Shown here: in pieces, positions 7,144 through 17,698 of the stretch
Numbering within the stretch: position 1 is the first letter of the stretch
How the letters are laid out: each line of letters starts with the position of its first letter
Notes under the pieces: model-generated
The model's input: only the letters and a program-made list of their open reading frames with translations
What the model was told of the DNA's origin: nothing
Databases searched by the model: none
Source of the DNA: a virus
Lineage: Duplodnaviria > Caudoviricetes
Reading direction: 5' to 3' (one strand)
Length of the DNA: 41,834 nucleotides
IMG/VR virus record: IMGVR_UViG_3300020426_000010
Coordinates: 1 to 41,834 of that record
Translations under genes and position numbers: made by a program

Positions 7144-9867
7144 TCAGGCGGCGTCAGCCGCAATCGAGAAATTCACGCACCAATTTTCGAGCGGGTATGG
7201 TTTCCCGACCAGGGCGGCGATGTTCGCTGCCGCATATTGGCCGGTGCCCGGCGCATATTCATAATTTTCGGTGGCGATCGTCGCGTCGCTATCCTGCAGA
7301 CACAGATTGCCGCTCGATCCACGTTTGGTACCGCCTTCGACGCGCACTGCGCCCACGGCCGGACGACTTAGGGTCAGGCGAACCATCGTCTGACCGGCGA
7401 TATCGACCGACGAAAGCGGGATGTCTCCCTGAGCATCGCGAACGACAAAGCCTTTGTTCGCATAGTCGGTGGCGACCAGTTGCTCGAAGGGCAAGGCCCA
7501 CCGCAGGGGCGGCTCCGGCACATGAAAATCGATCAATACCTCCGTGCCGGAAATGGTCGCGCGCCGGGGATGGAGCGGCATCCACCCCTCCTTGCGCAGC
7601 AGCAGGCGCGACAGCACCTTGCCGAACTGCATGCCGAGCCAGCGCGACCCGTTGGGGTCGAGATGCACCGTCTTGTCGGTGAGTGGATAGGTGGCCGCCG
7701 CCATATGCAGGCCCGTGTCCTGCGTCGCCGCCTCCAGCTGCGCCTCGCCCACGAACAGATTGCCGAAATCCTCGGTGTTGAAACCGCTGGTCTGGTAGGT
7801 GACGAACGCGGGCGGCTTCGTCTGGCCGGTGAGCGCGGCGATGTCCGCATTCAGGTCGGTGCGGAGCTGGCGCAACGCCGACTTGTAATCGGCTATCGAC
7901 GGGTTCTCGCTCGCCGCGCCATTCTCATAATCCTCTTCGCCCTGCAGCCATAGGATCGCGGGAACGCGCACGTCCATGCCTGCAAATTCGGGCTGCGACA
8001 TCACCTTGGCGATGCCGTCCAGCACGCGATTATAGTAGCTGTCCGCCACATTGCTGGCGGGCTTCGACAGCGCCTCGATCGACTGCCCGCCGACCCCGCA
8101 ACTGATGACTGCCCAGGGCGTGGCGGGATCGGCTTCGACCCCATGATGATCGAGATAGGCTGCGCGCAGGAAATTGATAGCGCCGACCTCCGGCCCCTCT
8201 CCAGGCACGTTGGTCCCAGGCACATAGGCCGCGATCGTCGCGTCGCTTGGCAGCGTATTGTTGACGTTGACCACGGCGACCATGGGATGGAGCCGCGCAT
8301 TGAGCGGGTCGGTGCCGTAGAGCGGATCAAACGACGTGCCGGTTTGCGTCCAGGGGCGGGTCGACAGGCCCAACATATAGACGCCGCCGTCATTGCGCGG
8401 CGTCTTGGACAGCACCGGCCAGCATTCCTGGCCACGGCCAAGCGACTGTCCATAGGCAACGAAGAGATCCACCGCATTGCGCATGATCGGCTGCTGCGTC
8501 GTGTTGAACTGTCGCGCCACCGCCGCCGACAGCGCGAGGTTGGCCGCGTCGCGTTGCGCCACATCATCCGACGCCGTGTCGGGCAATTCCCAGCGCCGCA
8601 CGAAATCGCGGGTGGAAAGCGCGACCATCCCTCCCTCTTCCGCCAGCACCTCGATCTCGGTCTGCCCGTCGTCGGTCAGATGCAGGCCATCGATGTGGAT
8701 CGACTTGGCGAAAGCGTTGCCATGCTCATCGGTCCCGAAAAAGGGCGTGCCATCATCGTCGCACACCGCAAAGCCCGGCAATCCGTCGGGGACGAAAGCC
8801 TGCTTCAATCCATCCAGTTCGACGCCTTCGTCCGCCGTCAGGAACCGCGTTTGCGTCGGATCGGTGGTAAAAGAGACGGCACCGTCGATCGGATCGATGA
8901 TCTCGAAATGGCCCTCCTCATCCTGGACGATCTCGACGTCCGTCAGCCGCAAGCTGCGCACGAAGAGATTGCCCTCGCCATCGGACGAGAGATAGGGAAT
9001 ACCATCGGCGTCGCACACGGCGAAACCAGCCGCGCCGTCGTCCTGCAACAGGGCGTTGAGCAGGTCGATGACGGTCTTGCTCGGATAGGCGTCGATCGCG
9101 ATGCCAGCGCCACCGGTTTTCAGGTAGCGAGTCGCATAGGCACCTTCCGGGCCATAGCTGACCCACTGATCGCCATCGTCCGTCGCGGCAAACCCCGCAT
9201 CATAATCCTGATAGATATTGCCGAGCAGCGCCGTCAACGCCGCCGCTTCAGCCTGCAGCTTCGCGTTTTCCGCGAGGGTCGCTGCCTCGCTCGCCGTCCC
9301 GGCCGAAACCTCCGCTGCATCGGCGAATGGCTGCGCAGCCTCCATATACAGCTGCTTCGTCGCAGCCAACGTCGGCTCGGCAATGTCCCCGGCATAGAAC
9401 AGTTCAAAGCTGTGACTCGGCCCGGTCGCACCGCGCTCCGTGATCTCCAGTACCGGCAGGTCGAGCGTTATCTCGCTCGCGGGGATGTCCGCGATCAGCG
9501 GTGCGGTCTGGCCGGGCAGATCGCTGCCGGGCAACGTATCGATCCGCTCATACCAGCGCGCGATCGCGGAGCCGCTCGTGGTCTCGGCGATATCATATTC
9601 GAGCGCGGCCGAGAGGCTCCAATCATAAATTTGGCGCGCTTGCGCTTCGGTTGCCAATATGTCCGACGACATGCCATCGCTCGACAGATTGCCCGCGATA
9701 TTGAGCAGCGGGACGGTCTGGTCGGCAAAGCGCACCGACAGGATGAAGCTGCGCCCGGTCAGATTCTGAAGGTCGCCCTGCGCATTGCGAAGTCGCACGC
9801 GCATGGCAAAGGGCTGGCCGGCGCGCACGATCAGCACGCCGGCGGGCGATAGACCCGCAAGTTTCAT
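7144..9867 (-). CDS. Tail receptor-binding protein with C-terminal SGNH/sialate O-acetylesterase-like domain
   Basis: VAYGQSLG, CGVGGQSI, ILWLQGEED, DKTVHLD motifs; N-terminal baseplate-attachment-like region, coiled coil, internal duplication. Confidence 0.8.
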   Translation of the reverse strand: MKLAGLSPAGVLIVRAGQPFAMRVRLRNAQGDLQNLTGRSFILSVRFADQTVPLLNIAGNLSSDGMSSDILATEAQARQIYDWSLSAALEYDIAETTSGSAIARWYERIDTLPGSDLPGQTAPLIADIPASEITLDLPVLEITERGATGPSHSFELFYAGDIAEPTLAATKQLYMEAAQPFADAAEVSAGTASEAATLAENAKLQAEAAALTALLGNIYQDYDAGFAATDDGDQWVSYGPEGAYATRYLKTGGAGIAIDAYPSKTVIDLLNALLQDDGAAGFAVCDADGIPYLSSDGEGNLFVRSLRLTDVEIVQDEEGHFEIIDPIDGAVSFTTDPTQTRFLTADEGVELDGLKQAFVPDGLPGFAVCDDDGTPFFGTDEHGNAFAKSIHIDGLHLTDDGQTEIEVLAEEGGMVALSTRDFVRRWELPDTASDDVAQRDAANLALSAAVARQFNTTQQPIMRNAVDLFVAYGQSLGRGQECWPVLSKTPRNDGGVYMLGLSTRPWTQTGTSFDPLYGTDPLNARLHPMVAVVNVNNTLPSDATIAAYVPGTNVPGEGPEVGAINFLRAAYLDHHGVEADPATPWAVISCGVGGQSIEALSKPASNVADSYYNRVLDGIAKVMSQPEFAGMDVRVPAILWLQGEEDYENGAASENPSIADYKSALRQLRTDLNADIAALTGQTKPPAFVTYQTSGFNTEDFGNLFVGEAQLEAATQDTGLHMAAATYPLTDKTVHLDPNGSRWLGMQFGKVLSRLLLRKEGWMPLHPRRATISGTEVLIDFHVPEPPLRWALPFEQLVATDYANKGFVVRDAQGDIPLSSVDIAGQTMVRLTLSRPAVGAVRVEGGTKRGSSGNLCLQDSDATIATENYEYAPGTGQYAAANIAALVGKPYPLENWCVNFSIAADAA

Positions 9868-9893
9868 GGTTCGATAGTCCTTGTGGCTTTGGC

Positions 9894-10070
9894 CTACGGC
9901 GCGATGGCGACCAGCGCGCCGTCAACGACGCGATGCGTGGCGTCCCAGGTGGCGCGAAATTCGGGCACTGCGATCCAGGCGCGACCGTCCGCCTCGACCC
10001 AGCTCTGCGGAGCGGCCGTGCATTGCAGGATCGTGCCCGTATCGGGATCGAAGAAGACCGCGATGATCAT
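9894..10070 (-). CDS. 58-aa tail protein (not in track): MIIAVFFDPDTGTILQC..THRVVDGALVAIAP
   Basis: Manual translation; start overlaps the stop of the central tail protein. Confidence 0.7.
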   Translation of the reverse strand: MIIAVFFDPDTGTILQCTAAPQSWVEADGRAWIAVPEFRATWDATHRVVDGALVAIAP

Positions 10071-12415
10071 CAGTAGATGATCGTCGTGGATAGGTTGCGA
10101 CTGACGACCGTCATGGCGCTCGGCGCGGCAAAGACGACCTCGACGGTGTAGGTGCCGGCCGACGGAAAATATTTCGATCCGGCCAGCACGACGGATATTT
10201 CGGTCGTCGCGCCGCCGACGGCGAACACGACGCTGCCGTCGATCACTAACTGCAGCGACGAATTGCTCGGCGTGCCGCCATAGCTGATGGCGATCGCCGA
10301 CTTGGCATCGATCGATCCTGGGCCCAGCAACGTGACCGTCGAACTAAGGACGGTGATCGGCGTCGCCATCCCGGCGCCGACGACCGACGAACTGGCCGAC
10401 GTCGATGCGAACTGGGCGCTGTTGCCGGTACCGGCCTTGATCCGATCGACTAGCAGGTCCGGGATATAGGCAAAGCCGCCCAGTTCGCCGAAGGTCGCCA
10501 GCGGCGTGCCGTCAGGGGCCGTGATTTGGGTCGTCCCCACCGGCAGGCCGGTCTTGTTTGTCAGTATCGCGTCCAGGATGGTAAAATCGCCATCCTGCGT
10601 TCCGGCGCGATAGCCGATCCGCACCTCGTAAAGCGTCTCCGGCTGCAACGGCGCGATCGTGTGCAACACGGTCGGGCTCGCCTTCAATATCGTCGAGCTG
10701 GTCCAATCCGCGCTGCCCGCGACCCGATAGTCGATCAGGATCGCGTCGGCCGAAGGATAACCGTTGGAGCCAGCCACCACGATCGCAGGCTGCCCCTGAC
10801 CGGTCGATACAGCCGTCACCGCCCAGTCATCCAGGTCCGGGGCGGGCGGCTTCAGGCTCGGCGCGGTCAGCGCGAAGGGCGCTGGCGGCGTCGTGCTTTG
10901 GCCCAGCGCGAACGCATGTTTCGAATAGGTCTCGGTCTCGGCCGAAAAGCTGACCTTGCCCGTCGACGGATCCGGCGATCGCCGCGTGATCAGCACCGGC
11001 TGATTATGCAGCCCTTCCTCCGGCACATTGAGGTAGATGACGTCGCCGGTTTTGAGGCCGATCCATTCAGGCCCGGTCGTCCAGCTGATCGGTCCGGCCT
11101 CACGGCTGTTGACGATCTCATAGGCGGCCAATTGGCCCGGTTGCGTCGCTGGCTGTCCCGAAAAGACTTGCACCAGCGGCATGTCGATTTCTTTGGTCCG
11201 CGCGCCGCCATCCGCCGTTACGAACGCCGGTACCGTGATCGCCGACCCGGATATGACCGCCCAGTCATTATCCTCGTTCACATAGCGCGGGATGACGCTG
11301 TTGAACCGATCGCGACGGCTCTTGGTGGCGGCGATCGACAACCCGTCGAGCAGATGCCAGCTTTCGATCGTCGCGATCGCGGTGCGCGGCGCGGCGACCA
11401 GGCAACCGATCATTGCGCCCGTCATCGTCGGCCGCGCGCCCCCGGCCTGCAGGATGCGCTTCAGGATGTCCCACTTGCTGTCGGTCGTCCATTCGACGCC
11501 GCCGGCGGTCCAGCCATTGGCGTCGCAAACATTGGCGCACTCTACGAAATCGGCGACCCGGATATTGGCGAAGGGCGCGCCAATACCGCACGTCCGCTTG
11601 CCATTCTGCACCCGGCCGAGCGCCCAGGTCAGCGCATGCAGTCCCGGATTGGCCGACCAGACATAGGTGGTTTCATCCAGCGGCCGACAAGGGCCGGATC
11701 CGCCGGGATAGCTGCTGTCGAGACGCGGATCATAGACCCGAACCCATTTGCCGATCCAGGCCGGCTCTGGAACGCCTGCGCCGAATTTCTCGCCTTCGGT
11801 ATCGAACCGCAGCGCCCATTGCGCATGCGCGATGCCCGACAATTTATGGCCAGCGCCCCAGCCGGGAAAGCCCGCGCCGCCGAAGGACATGGCCAGCGCC
11901 GACGCGCCTGGCGATCCCGTCGACACCTTCTGCGCCATATAATTGGCGAAGCCGCCAACCGCATTGCCGTCACCGGCGAAGGCGACGACCTCATTGTCGG
12001 CGGTAAACCGCTCAATCTCTTCGATCGGTCCGCCGATCGACAGCAGCGCGACGAACGCCAATATGTCGTGCTTCGACTGGATCTTGAATCCGTCATAGGT
12101 CCGCGCGTAACAACGCAGCCCCGACATCCGGGTCCGGCCCATTGCATAAGGCAGACCGCTTTGCGGATTGGTCTGAAAGACCGTTGGCGATCCCTCGGCC
12201 GAGAAGGATGGCTTCTTGGCAAAAATCGACGCGCCAAGGGACAAGGCTCCCGCGGCGAGGCTAGCTGCACCCGCGATCGACCCGGCCAGCGCGCCGAGAC
12301 TCGCCGCTTGGACCGTGAACCCGAACAGGCCAGCGCCCGCCGCCGCGCCCACGCCGGTAGCAACCAACGCCACCGCACCGACCACCAGTGCGGCGGTTCT
12401 AAGCGTCTTCGACAT
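10070..12415 (-). CDS. Central tail/tip (host-specificity J-like) protein with fibronectin type III domain
   Basis: LPYAMGRTR, VRVYDPRLDS, WSANPGL, LQPETLYEVRI (FN3); position after NlpC/P60-like gene. Confidence 0.85.
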   Translation of the reverse strand: MSKTLRTAALVVGAVALVATGVGAAAGAGLFGFTVQAASLGALAGSIAGAASLAAGALSLGASIFAKKPSFSAEGSPTVFQTNPQSGLPYAMGRTRMSGLRCYARTYDGFKIQSKHDILAFVALLSIGGPIEEIERFTADNEVVAFAGDGNAVGGFANYMAQKVSTGSPGASALAMSFGGAGFPGWGAGHKLSGIAHAQWALRFDTEGEKFGAGVPEPAWIGKWVRVYDPRLDSSYPGGSGPCRPLDETTYVWSANPGLHALTWALGRVQNGKRTCGIGAPFANIRVADFVECANVCDANGWTAGGVEWTTDSKWDILKRILQAGGARPTMTGAMIGCLVAAPRTAIATIESWHLLDGLSIAATKSRRDRFNSVIPRYVNEDNDWAVISGSAITVPAFVTADGGARTKEIDMPLVQVFSGQPATQPGQLAAYEIVNSREAGPISWTTGPEWIGLKTGDVIYLNVPEEGLHNQPVLITRRSPDPSTGKVSFSAETETYSKHAFALGQSTTPPAPFALTAPSLKPPAPDLDDWAVTAVSTGQGQPAIVVAGSNGYPSADAILIDYRVAGSADWTSSTILKASPTVLHTIAPLQPETLYEVRIGYRAGTQDGDFTILDAILTNKTGLPVGTTQITAPDGTPLATFGELGGFAYIPDLLVDRIKAGTGNSAQFASTSASSSVVGAGMATPITVLSSTVTLLGPGSIDAKSAIAISYGGTPSNSSLQLVIDGSVVFAVGGATTEISVVLAGSKYFPSAGTYTVEVVFAAPSAMTVVSRNLSTTIIY

Positions 12416-12416
12416 G

Positions 12417-12836
12417 TCAGATCACGCTCCAGGCGCGCAGGATCTGGGTCGGCTGCAACGTGACCAGGCCGAGATGATCCTGATGGAAGCCGAAGCAATT
12501 GCCGTTGCCGGCGTAGAGCAGCAGCGATCCGATGGGATGCTCGCTCGGTACTTCGGCAATATCGCCCAGCTTCATCCGCGAATATGCGATGGGCGTCAGT
12601 CCGATACCGTCCGCTATTTCGGCCAGCGTCGCATAGCCCATGCGGCGAAGGGCATTTTGCGCCGTTGCGGCCGATCGATAAGCGCCTGCCTTACTGATCA
12701 GGATTTTGAAGCCGAGCTGCTTCAGATGGAAGGCCGCGACCCGCGCGCAATCGACCTTGCCCCAGGTAAAGGGACGATCGCGATAGCGGGCCATCGTCGC
12801 CTCGATCGCAGCGTGCCGCCGCTCCATTTCGGTCAT
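12417..12836 (-). CDS. NlpC/P60-like tail peptidase
   Basis: PFTWGKVDCA motif and LGDIA. Confidence 0.75.
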   Translation of the reverse strand: MTEMERRHAAIEATMARYRDRPFTWGKVDCARVAAFHLKQLGFKILISKAGAYRSAATAQNALRRMGYATLAEIADGIGLTPIAYSRMKLGDIAEVPSEHPIGSLLLYAGNGNCFGFHQDHLGLVTLQPTQILRAWSVI

Positions 12837-13477
12837 AGCGAAAGGCTCTGGCCACGGGTGATCGCGGCGCGGGCAGCATCGAACCCTTTGGCCGTCACCG
12901 CACTGGCGGGCGGCTTCGCGCCCCAGTACAGATTGACGTCGGTGCCCGTCATATATTCAAGGCCCAGCTCACCGGGCCAGATGGATTGATGCCAGCCATC
13001 CGACGCGCGCTGGCCTTCTTCGACCTCGAACAAGCGCTCGAAGACGCTGACGACAGAATAGGTGACGCTGCGCTGGCCGTCGGGCGCTATGTCGATCGTG
13101 GGGACATCGATCTCGCCCAGGAACACGGGTTCCGGATTTCCGATCACCGCACCGCTGACCGGATCGACCGCGCCGACCATCAGCGTGACGACGCTCCCCT
13201 GCATCGACGGGTGCGACAGCACCGCCATCGCACTCACGTCGGGCGGAAACAGCGTGATCGTGATCTCCGGCGCGCTGTCGCCAATCTCCTCGTCCAGCTC
13301 CGAAATGCTCGATATCGCACCAAAGACGGGATCGATCCCGACATAGGTCTCGCCGCCGATCACGAGTTGCGCGGATCCGTCGAGCAGGCAAAGGGTGTAG
13401 TCCGGGAACACGATCTTGAGCGCGCCGAACAGCCATACGGTCGGCTGTCCCAGCGCGGCTTTGAGCGTCGGGTCCAT
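12833..13477 (-). CDS. Tail hub/baseplate protein (DUF2163-like)
   Basis: Starts MDPTLKAAL; YVGIDPVFGAIS, FLGEID, SDGWHQSIWPGELGLEY..LYWG. Confidence 0.75.
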   Translation of the reverse strand: MDPTLKAALGQPTVWLFGALKIVFPDYTLCLLDGSAQLVIGGETYVGIDPVFGAISSISELDEEIGDSAPEITITLFPPDVSAMAVLSHPSMQGSVVTLMVGAVDPVSGAVIGNPEPVFLGEIDVPTIDIAPDGQRSVTYSVVSVFERLFEVEEGQRASDGWHQSIWPGELGLEYMTGTDVNLYWGAKPPASAVTAKGFDAARAAITRGQSLSL

Positions 13478-13488
13478 GGGGTTCCCCC

Positions 13489-13519
13489 AAATAAAAAGGG
13501 CGGCCTCGAAGGACCGCCC
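13489..13519 (-). terminator. Intrinsic terminator within tail operon
   Basis: Minus strand GGGCGGTCCTTCGAGGCCGCCC-TTTTTATTT. Confidence 0.7.
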
Positions 13520-13559
13520 GTCATAATTTCGTTTGAAGATACGCCTCGCCCTCAGGCGT

Positions 13560-14162
13560 TCAGGCGCTTTCGGCGATGGTAAAAGAGAAGCTGGCGAGCT
13601 TCGCGACCGAGATTTGCCACGATATTTCCTCGCCGGGCGAGACCTGACCTTCAATCTGTGGGAAGACGATTTCTACGACGTCGTTGGTCGACAGGCCCGT
13701 GCGGATCATCGGCCAGATGGCCGCATTCACATTGCCGCCGGGATCGACGATTGCGTCGGCGCGGAACATATGCATGTAACGACGACCCGCATGGATGATC
13801 GAAAAGAACTGGCCCTCGCGGATGAGATAGCCTGGCGTCATGTCTTTGAGCGGCAGGACCATGCCGGAGACGACACCCGCCGACAGTTTCGGCGCGCCGG
13901 GATCGCCTGCGTCGAACCCTGGCTGACGCCAGCCCATGATCAGCCTGTCTTCGCGCCCCTGCAACAGGCGGGATTGTATGATCAAAGCCTGATCGCGCGA
14001 ACGCATCGGATGCAGCGAGACGCGCAGGCCGAACCGCGTGCCCAGCCGGTTGATCCGGATTTCCGGGCCGCCCAGAAACGGCGTCAAAATGCCGCCAAAA
14101 TCCCGCACATAGGGGGTGGCGTCATTCGGCGCGGCCCAGCCGGGCAGTTGGACGACTGCCAT
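13560..14162 (-). CDS. Distal tail protein
   Basis: Directly follows tape measure with TGATG overlap; GQFFSI, IWPMIR. Confidence 0.7.
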   Translation of the reverse strand: MAVVQLPGWAAPNDATPYVRDFGGILTPFLGGPEIRINRLGTRFGLRVSLHPMRSRDQALIIQSRLLQGREDRLIMGWRQPGFDAGDPGAPKLSAGVVSGMVLPLKDMTPGYLIREGQFFSIIHAGRRYMHMFRADAIVDPGGNVNAAIWPMIRTGLSTNDVVEIVFPQIEGQVSPGEEISWQISVAKLASFSFTIAESA

Positions 14163-17100
14163 CAGCGACCCGGTATCCGGCGGCGCGCGCGCCGCACGCT
14201 GTCGGCCGAAGCGGCGCTGCGCGCATGCAGTGACGAATTGACCGCCATCGGCCCTGCGACGCTCGCTGCCCGCTTGTCGACGACGACGTCGAAATAGTCC
14301 GATGGCACGATATGCAATGTGCCCCCGCCATTGTCATTCTGGCCCTTTTGCGGATCGACGATCACGCGCTCGCCCTGGCCGACGCGCGCGACCGGGACAC
14401 CGTTGATCGCCATCATGTTCGAATCGATGCCGGGAAGCCCTGCGACCCGGAAGCTGCCGCCCATGTCGAAGCCGGGCGTCGATCCCGCCTCGATCGCGGC
14501 CAGCCCGCGTAGGCCATCGATGTCGATCGCTTCGCCCAGCGCTGCCCCGCTACCGCCGCCCAACAGGCTGCTGCCCAGCTTGAATATACCGCCCAATATC
14601 CCGCCGCCGCCGCCCATCGTCTGCTGCACCTGGAACCGGATCAGGTCGCTGATCAGCTGGTTGAACAATTGACCGGCAAAGCCTTTGAGCTTGAGCGTCC
14701 GCGCAGCGGCCTCGCCCAGCGCGTCATTCATGTTGGTCAGCCCGCGCGCCGCGATATTTTCATAGGCCTCGTTGATCTCGGCGGCCGACTTGGGGATCGC
14801 CTGTCGCCACGCCTCCAGCGGCCCGGCATTGCGCCGTGCGATGATCGCCTGCTCCTCGCCTTTCTTCTGGTCGAGCAGGTCCAGATTTTTCTGCGCCAGC
14901 AACCGCTCGGTGTCGTTGGTCGTCGATTTGCGCAACACGCCTTCCAGCGCCAGGCGCTCCATCTCGATATCCTTGTCCAGGATATCCATCTGGATCCGCG
15001 CGCGCTCCGCATCGGTCGTAGCTAGGCTCTCGCGCGCCTGCAGGGACTCGCGCTGCGCATTCAGCGCATCGCTCTTGATCGCGATCTCTTCGTCGATAAG
15101 TCGGTCCTGAGCTTCGGCGTCGATCCGCTGGCGTGCCGCTACCTCCAGATAGGACAACTCCTCCAGCAACTTGGCCTTGCGGGCCTTGGTCAGATCGCCG
15201 TTGGACGTGATCTCGTCCCTGCGGTCCCGGATCTCGTCGTTGAGCATCCGGTGCTGGATCTCGGCCCGCGCCTGCGCCGACGTCGCCATCGATGCGCGCG
15301 CGGACAACGTCTGCGCCACCAGTGATCGCAACTGATTCTGATAATCGGCATCGATATCTTCGGCCGAACGTCCGCTCGGCCCCGCCGGCGTATCCGTCTT
15401 CTTGCCATCATCTTCTACGGCCGCAGGGATTTCCGGCGGCGTGTAGGCAGGCGCCATTATGGCGTCGGCATAGGCTTTGCGACGATCAGCGATCGTAGCC
15501 AGCGCTTGCGCGCGGGCGCGGACTTCATTCTCGGCGCGCTCGATGTCCTTTGCAACGTTTGGATCGTCCGCCACATAGCCAAAGCGGGCGACCGAACTGC
15601 CACTTTGCCGTGGCGTATTTTTTGCGTCGGCAAGCGCCTTTCTGGCTGTGCCGAGATCTTGTCGCGCCTTGACCAGGTCGGCCCCGGCCGTGTTCATTTC
15701 GACACGCGCCTTGGCGAGTAGCTCCTCGCGCAATTTGCCGGTCGCCATGGCCAACTGGTCGGTCAACTGGCGCTGTCTGAGCAGGCCTTCCGACGCCTTG
15801 TCCTGCGCGATCCGCGCCGCTTCGCTGGCCTCGGTAGATCGGCCTTGCCACAATACGAGGGCAGCTAGAGCGGTGATGATCAGCCCGATCGGCCCAGCGG
15901 CAAAGCGAAGTGCGGTGCCAAACGCGAGCATCGCGATGCGCGCGGCACCTATGCGAATGATGAGCGACCCAAGGGCACTGATGATCAGTCCTATGGGATT
16001 GAGCAGCGCGCCAATCACAAGTCCCAGACCGCCGAAGCGCAAGGCGACCAGAGGAATGACCACCTTGGCCAGCGTCAGCATCACCAGCATCAACGGACCG
16101 ATGGCTGCTGCGATACCGGCAAAAACGCCAATCGCTGCCATGATTGGCTCCGGTAGATCCGCGAGCGCATCAACGACACCGGCTATTGCATTGTTCACGG
16201 CGGTAAGGATCTGCAGCAAACCACCATTGGCGATGGATATCCGCAATGCTTCAAAGGCGGAGGCCTTGTCCTTCAGCGATGCATTATAGCCATCGCGGGC
16301 CGTGGCCACCTGCTCGGCCGCGCTAACCTGGTCGATCGCTACCTTGATCGCGTCCAGACCGGCTGCGCCCTGCGTCATCAGGCCGATGGCCGTACGGATC
16401 GCGTCCGTCCCGAATATCGTCTTCAGCGCGTCGGTGCGGGCTTCGTCGGACAGACCGGCAAGACGATCGCGCAATATTTGCGCGATCTCCGTCAGCGGCT
16501 TCATCTGTCCGCTGGCATCGAAGAAGGACAGGCCGAGTCGCTCCATCTCCTTCCCGGCTTCCTTGCTGTTCGGCGTCAGCGCCAACAGGAAGGTCTTGAA
16601 CGATGTCCCGGCATCCGATCCGCTGGCGAACAGCGACGATGTGGCCGTCAGCGCGACATTCAGATCCTCGAAAGATACGCCCAGCCCGCCAGCGACGCCG
16701 CCGACTTGCGCAACCGCGCCCGCATAATCATCGAAACCGAATTTCGACGCATTGAGCGCCCCCGCGATCCGATTGACGACAGGCGACAATTCGTCGGCGC
16801 TCTTGCCGAATTGCGCCATGATGTCGGTGACCAGGTCAGCCGAGTTGCCGAGGTCCGAAAAGCTCAGCGCCGATAGCTTGAGTGACTCTTCGAGCGCCCC
16901 GTCCATGATCTGCGATGCCGTCAGGCCATTCTTGGCCAGCATCTCGATCCCGTCGGCCGCCTCGATCGCCGACTTGCCGACCGCCGGCCCCATCTCCTGC
17001 GCCGCGTCGGACAGGGCGCTTAGCTGGTCCGGCCTGATTCCATACAGCGCCGATTTGACCCGGTTCATGGACGCTTCGAAATCGCCGGCCGTGCGTGCGC

Positions 17101-17296
17101 TGGCAATGCTGATAGCGGCCACCGGCAGCGTGATCCCGGCCGTCAGGCCAAGGCCGATATTGCGGATCGATTCCTCGACACCGCGCAGTTTGGACACGAA
17201 CCCGTCCAAGGAAATGTCGGCGGCAGCAAGTCCGGCGTCGAACCCCTTGGCGTCAAGATCCAGCACGCCATGGAGGCGGCCGACAATGCTACTCAT
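14162..17296 (-). CDS. Tail tape measure protein (TP901-like), 1044 aa
   Basis: DFEASMNRV..SDAGTSFKTFL..FFDASGQMKPL..IFGTDA minor-tail domain, hydrophobic mid-section, long coiled coils. Confidence 0.93.
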   Translation of the reverse strand: MSSIVGRLHGVLDLDAKGFDAGLAAADISLDGFVSKLRGVEESIRNIGLGLTAGITLPVAAISIASARTAGDFEASMNRVKSALYGIRPDQLSALSDAAQEMGPAVGKSAIEAADGIEMLAKNGLTASQIMDGALEESLKLSALSFSDLGNSADLVTDIMAQFGKSADELSPVVNRIAGALNASKFGFDDYAGAVAQVGGVAGGLGVSFEDLNVALTATSSLFASGSDAGTSFKTFLLALTPNSKEAGKEMERLGLSFFDASGQMKPLTEIAQILRDRLAGLSDEARTDALKTIFGTDAIRTAIGLMTQGAAGLDAIKVAIDQVSAAEQVATARDGYNASLKDKASAFEALRISIANGGLLQILTAVNNAIAGVVDALADLPEPIMAAIGVFAGIAAAIGPLMLVMLTLAKVVIPLVALRFGGLGLVIGALLNPIGLIISALGSLIIRIGAARIAMLAFGTALRFAAGPIGLIITALAALVLWQGRSTEASEAARIAQDKASEGLLRQRQLTDQLAMATGKLREELLAKARVEMNTAGADLVKARQDLGTARKALADAKNTPRQSGSSVARFGYVADDPNVAKDIERAENEVRARAQALATIADRRKAYADAIMAPAYTPPEIPAAVEDDGKKTDTPAGPSGRSAEDIDADYQNQLRSLVAQTLSARASMATSAQARAEIQHRMLNDEIRDRRDEITSNGDLTKARKAKLLEELSYLEVAARQRIDAEAQDRLIDEEIAIKSDALNAQRESLQARESLATTDAERARIQMDILDKDIEMERLALEGVLRKSTTNDTERLLAQKNLDLLDQKKGEEQAIIARRNAGPLEAWRQAIPKSAAEINEAYENIAARGLTNMNDALGEAAARTLKLKGFAGQLFNQLISDLIRFQVQQTMGGGGGILGGIFKLGSSLLGGGSGAALGEAIDIDGLRGLAAIEAGSTPGFDMGGSFRVAGLPGIDSNMMAINGVPVARVGQGERVIVDPQKGQNDNGGGTLHIVPSDYFDVVVDKRAASVAGPMAVNSSLHARSAASADSVRRARRRIPGR

Positions 17297-17338
17297 GTCG
17301 ACGGTCTCCGATGGCGATTTGAGCCTGCTACTGCAGGG

Positions 17339-17698
17339 CTAGTCTGTAGGGGGAAGCGGTGCGCCGCTCGATGTCGGCCGCGTTTTGAAATAGGCTTTCA
17401 GCAGCCGGACATGGAAAAGTTGGGTATCGGCCGACTGAACGACCTCCTCCGGCTTCTCACCCGCGAGTTCGCGGATAGATGGCAGCTCCTTCGCGTGGCG
17501 AAGCGCTGCATGATGATAGACGGACCAGGCGCGACCGATATGGTCGCCGTTCAGCTTTTCGCCTTCGCCCCGGATCGCGAGCGCGGTAAGGCGGGGCGTG
17601 CTTTCCCAGAAGGCCGAGAGCGGCTGCCCGGCGCGGCACCAGTTTGCGATGATGGCTTCCCAGTCCCACCGGTCGGCGCCGGGCTCTGTCCGTTTCCC
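17339..17698 (-). CDS. gpT part of tail assembly chaperone gpGT, reached by -1 frameshift
   Basis: Slippery G-GGA-AAC at 17692..17698; the -1 frame is open to TAG at 17339 and reads ..WDWEAIIANW..LSAFWESTPR.. Confidence 0.8.
   Translation of the reverse strand, partial: GKRTEPGADRWDWEAIIANWCRAGQPLSAFWESTPRLTALAIRGEGEKLNGDHIGRAWSVYHHAALRHAKELPSIRELAGEKPEEVVQSADTQLFHVRLLKAYFKTRPTSSGAPLPPTD

Noticed and set aside
8143-12463. Long + strand ORFs (569 aa, 645 aa) antisense to tail genes
   Set aside because: Antisense shadows of high-GC genes, Arg-rich, no motifs
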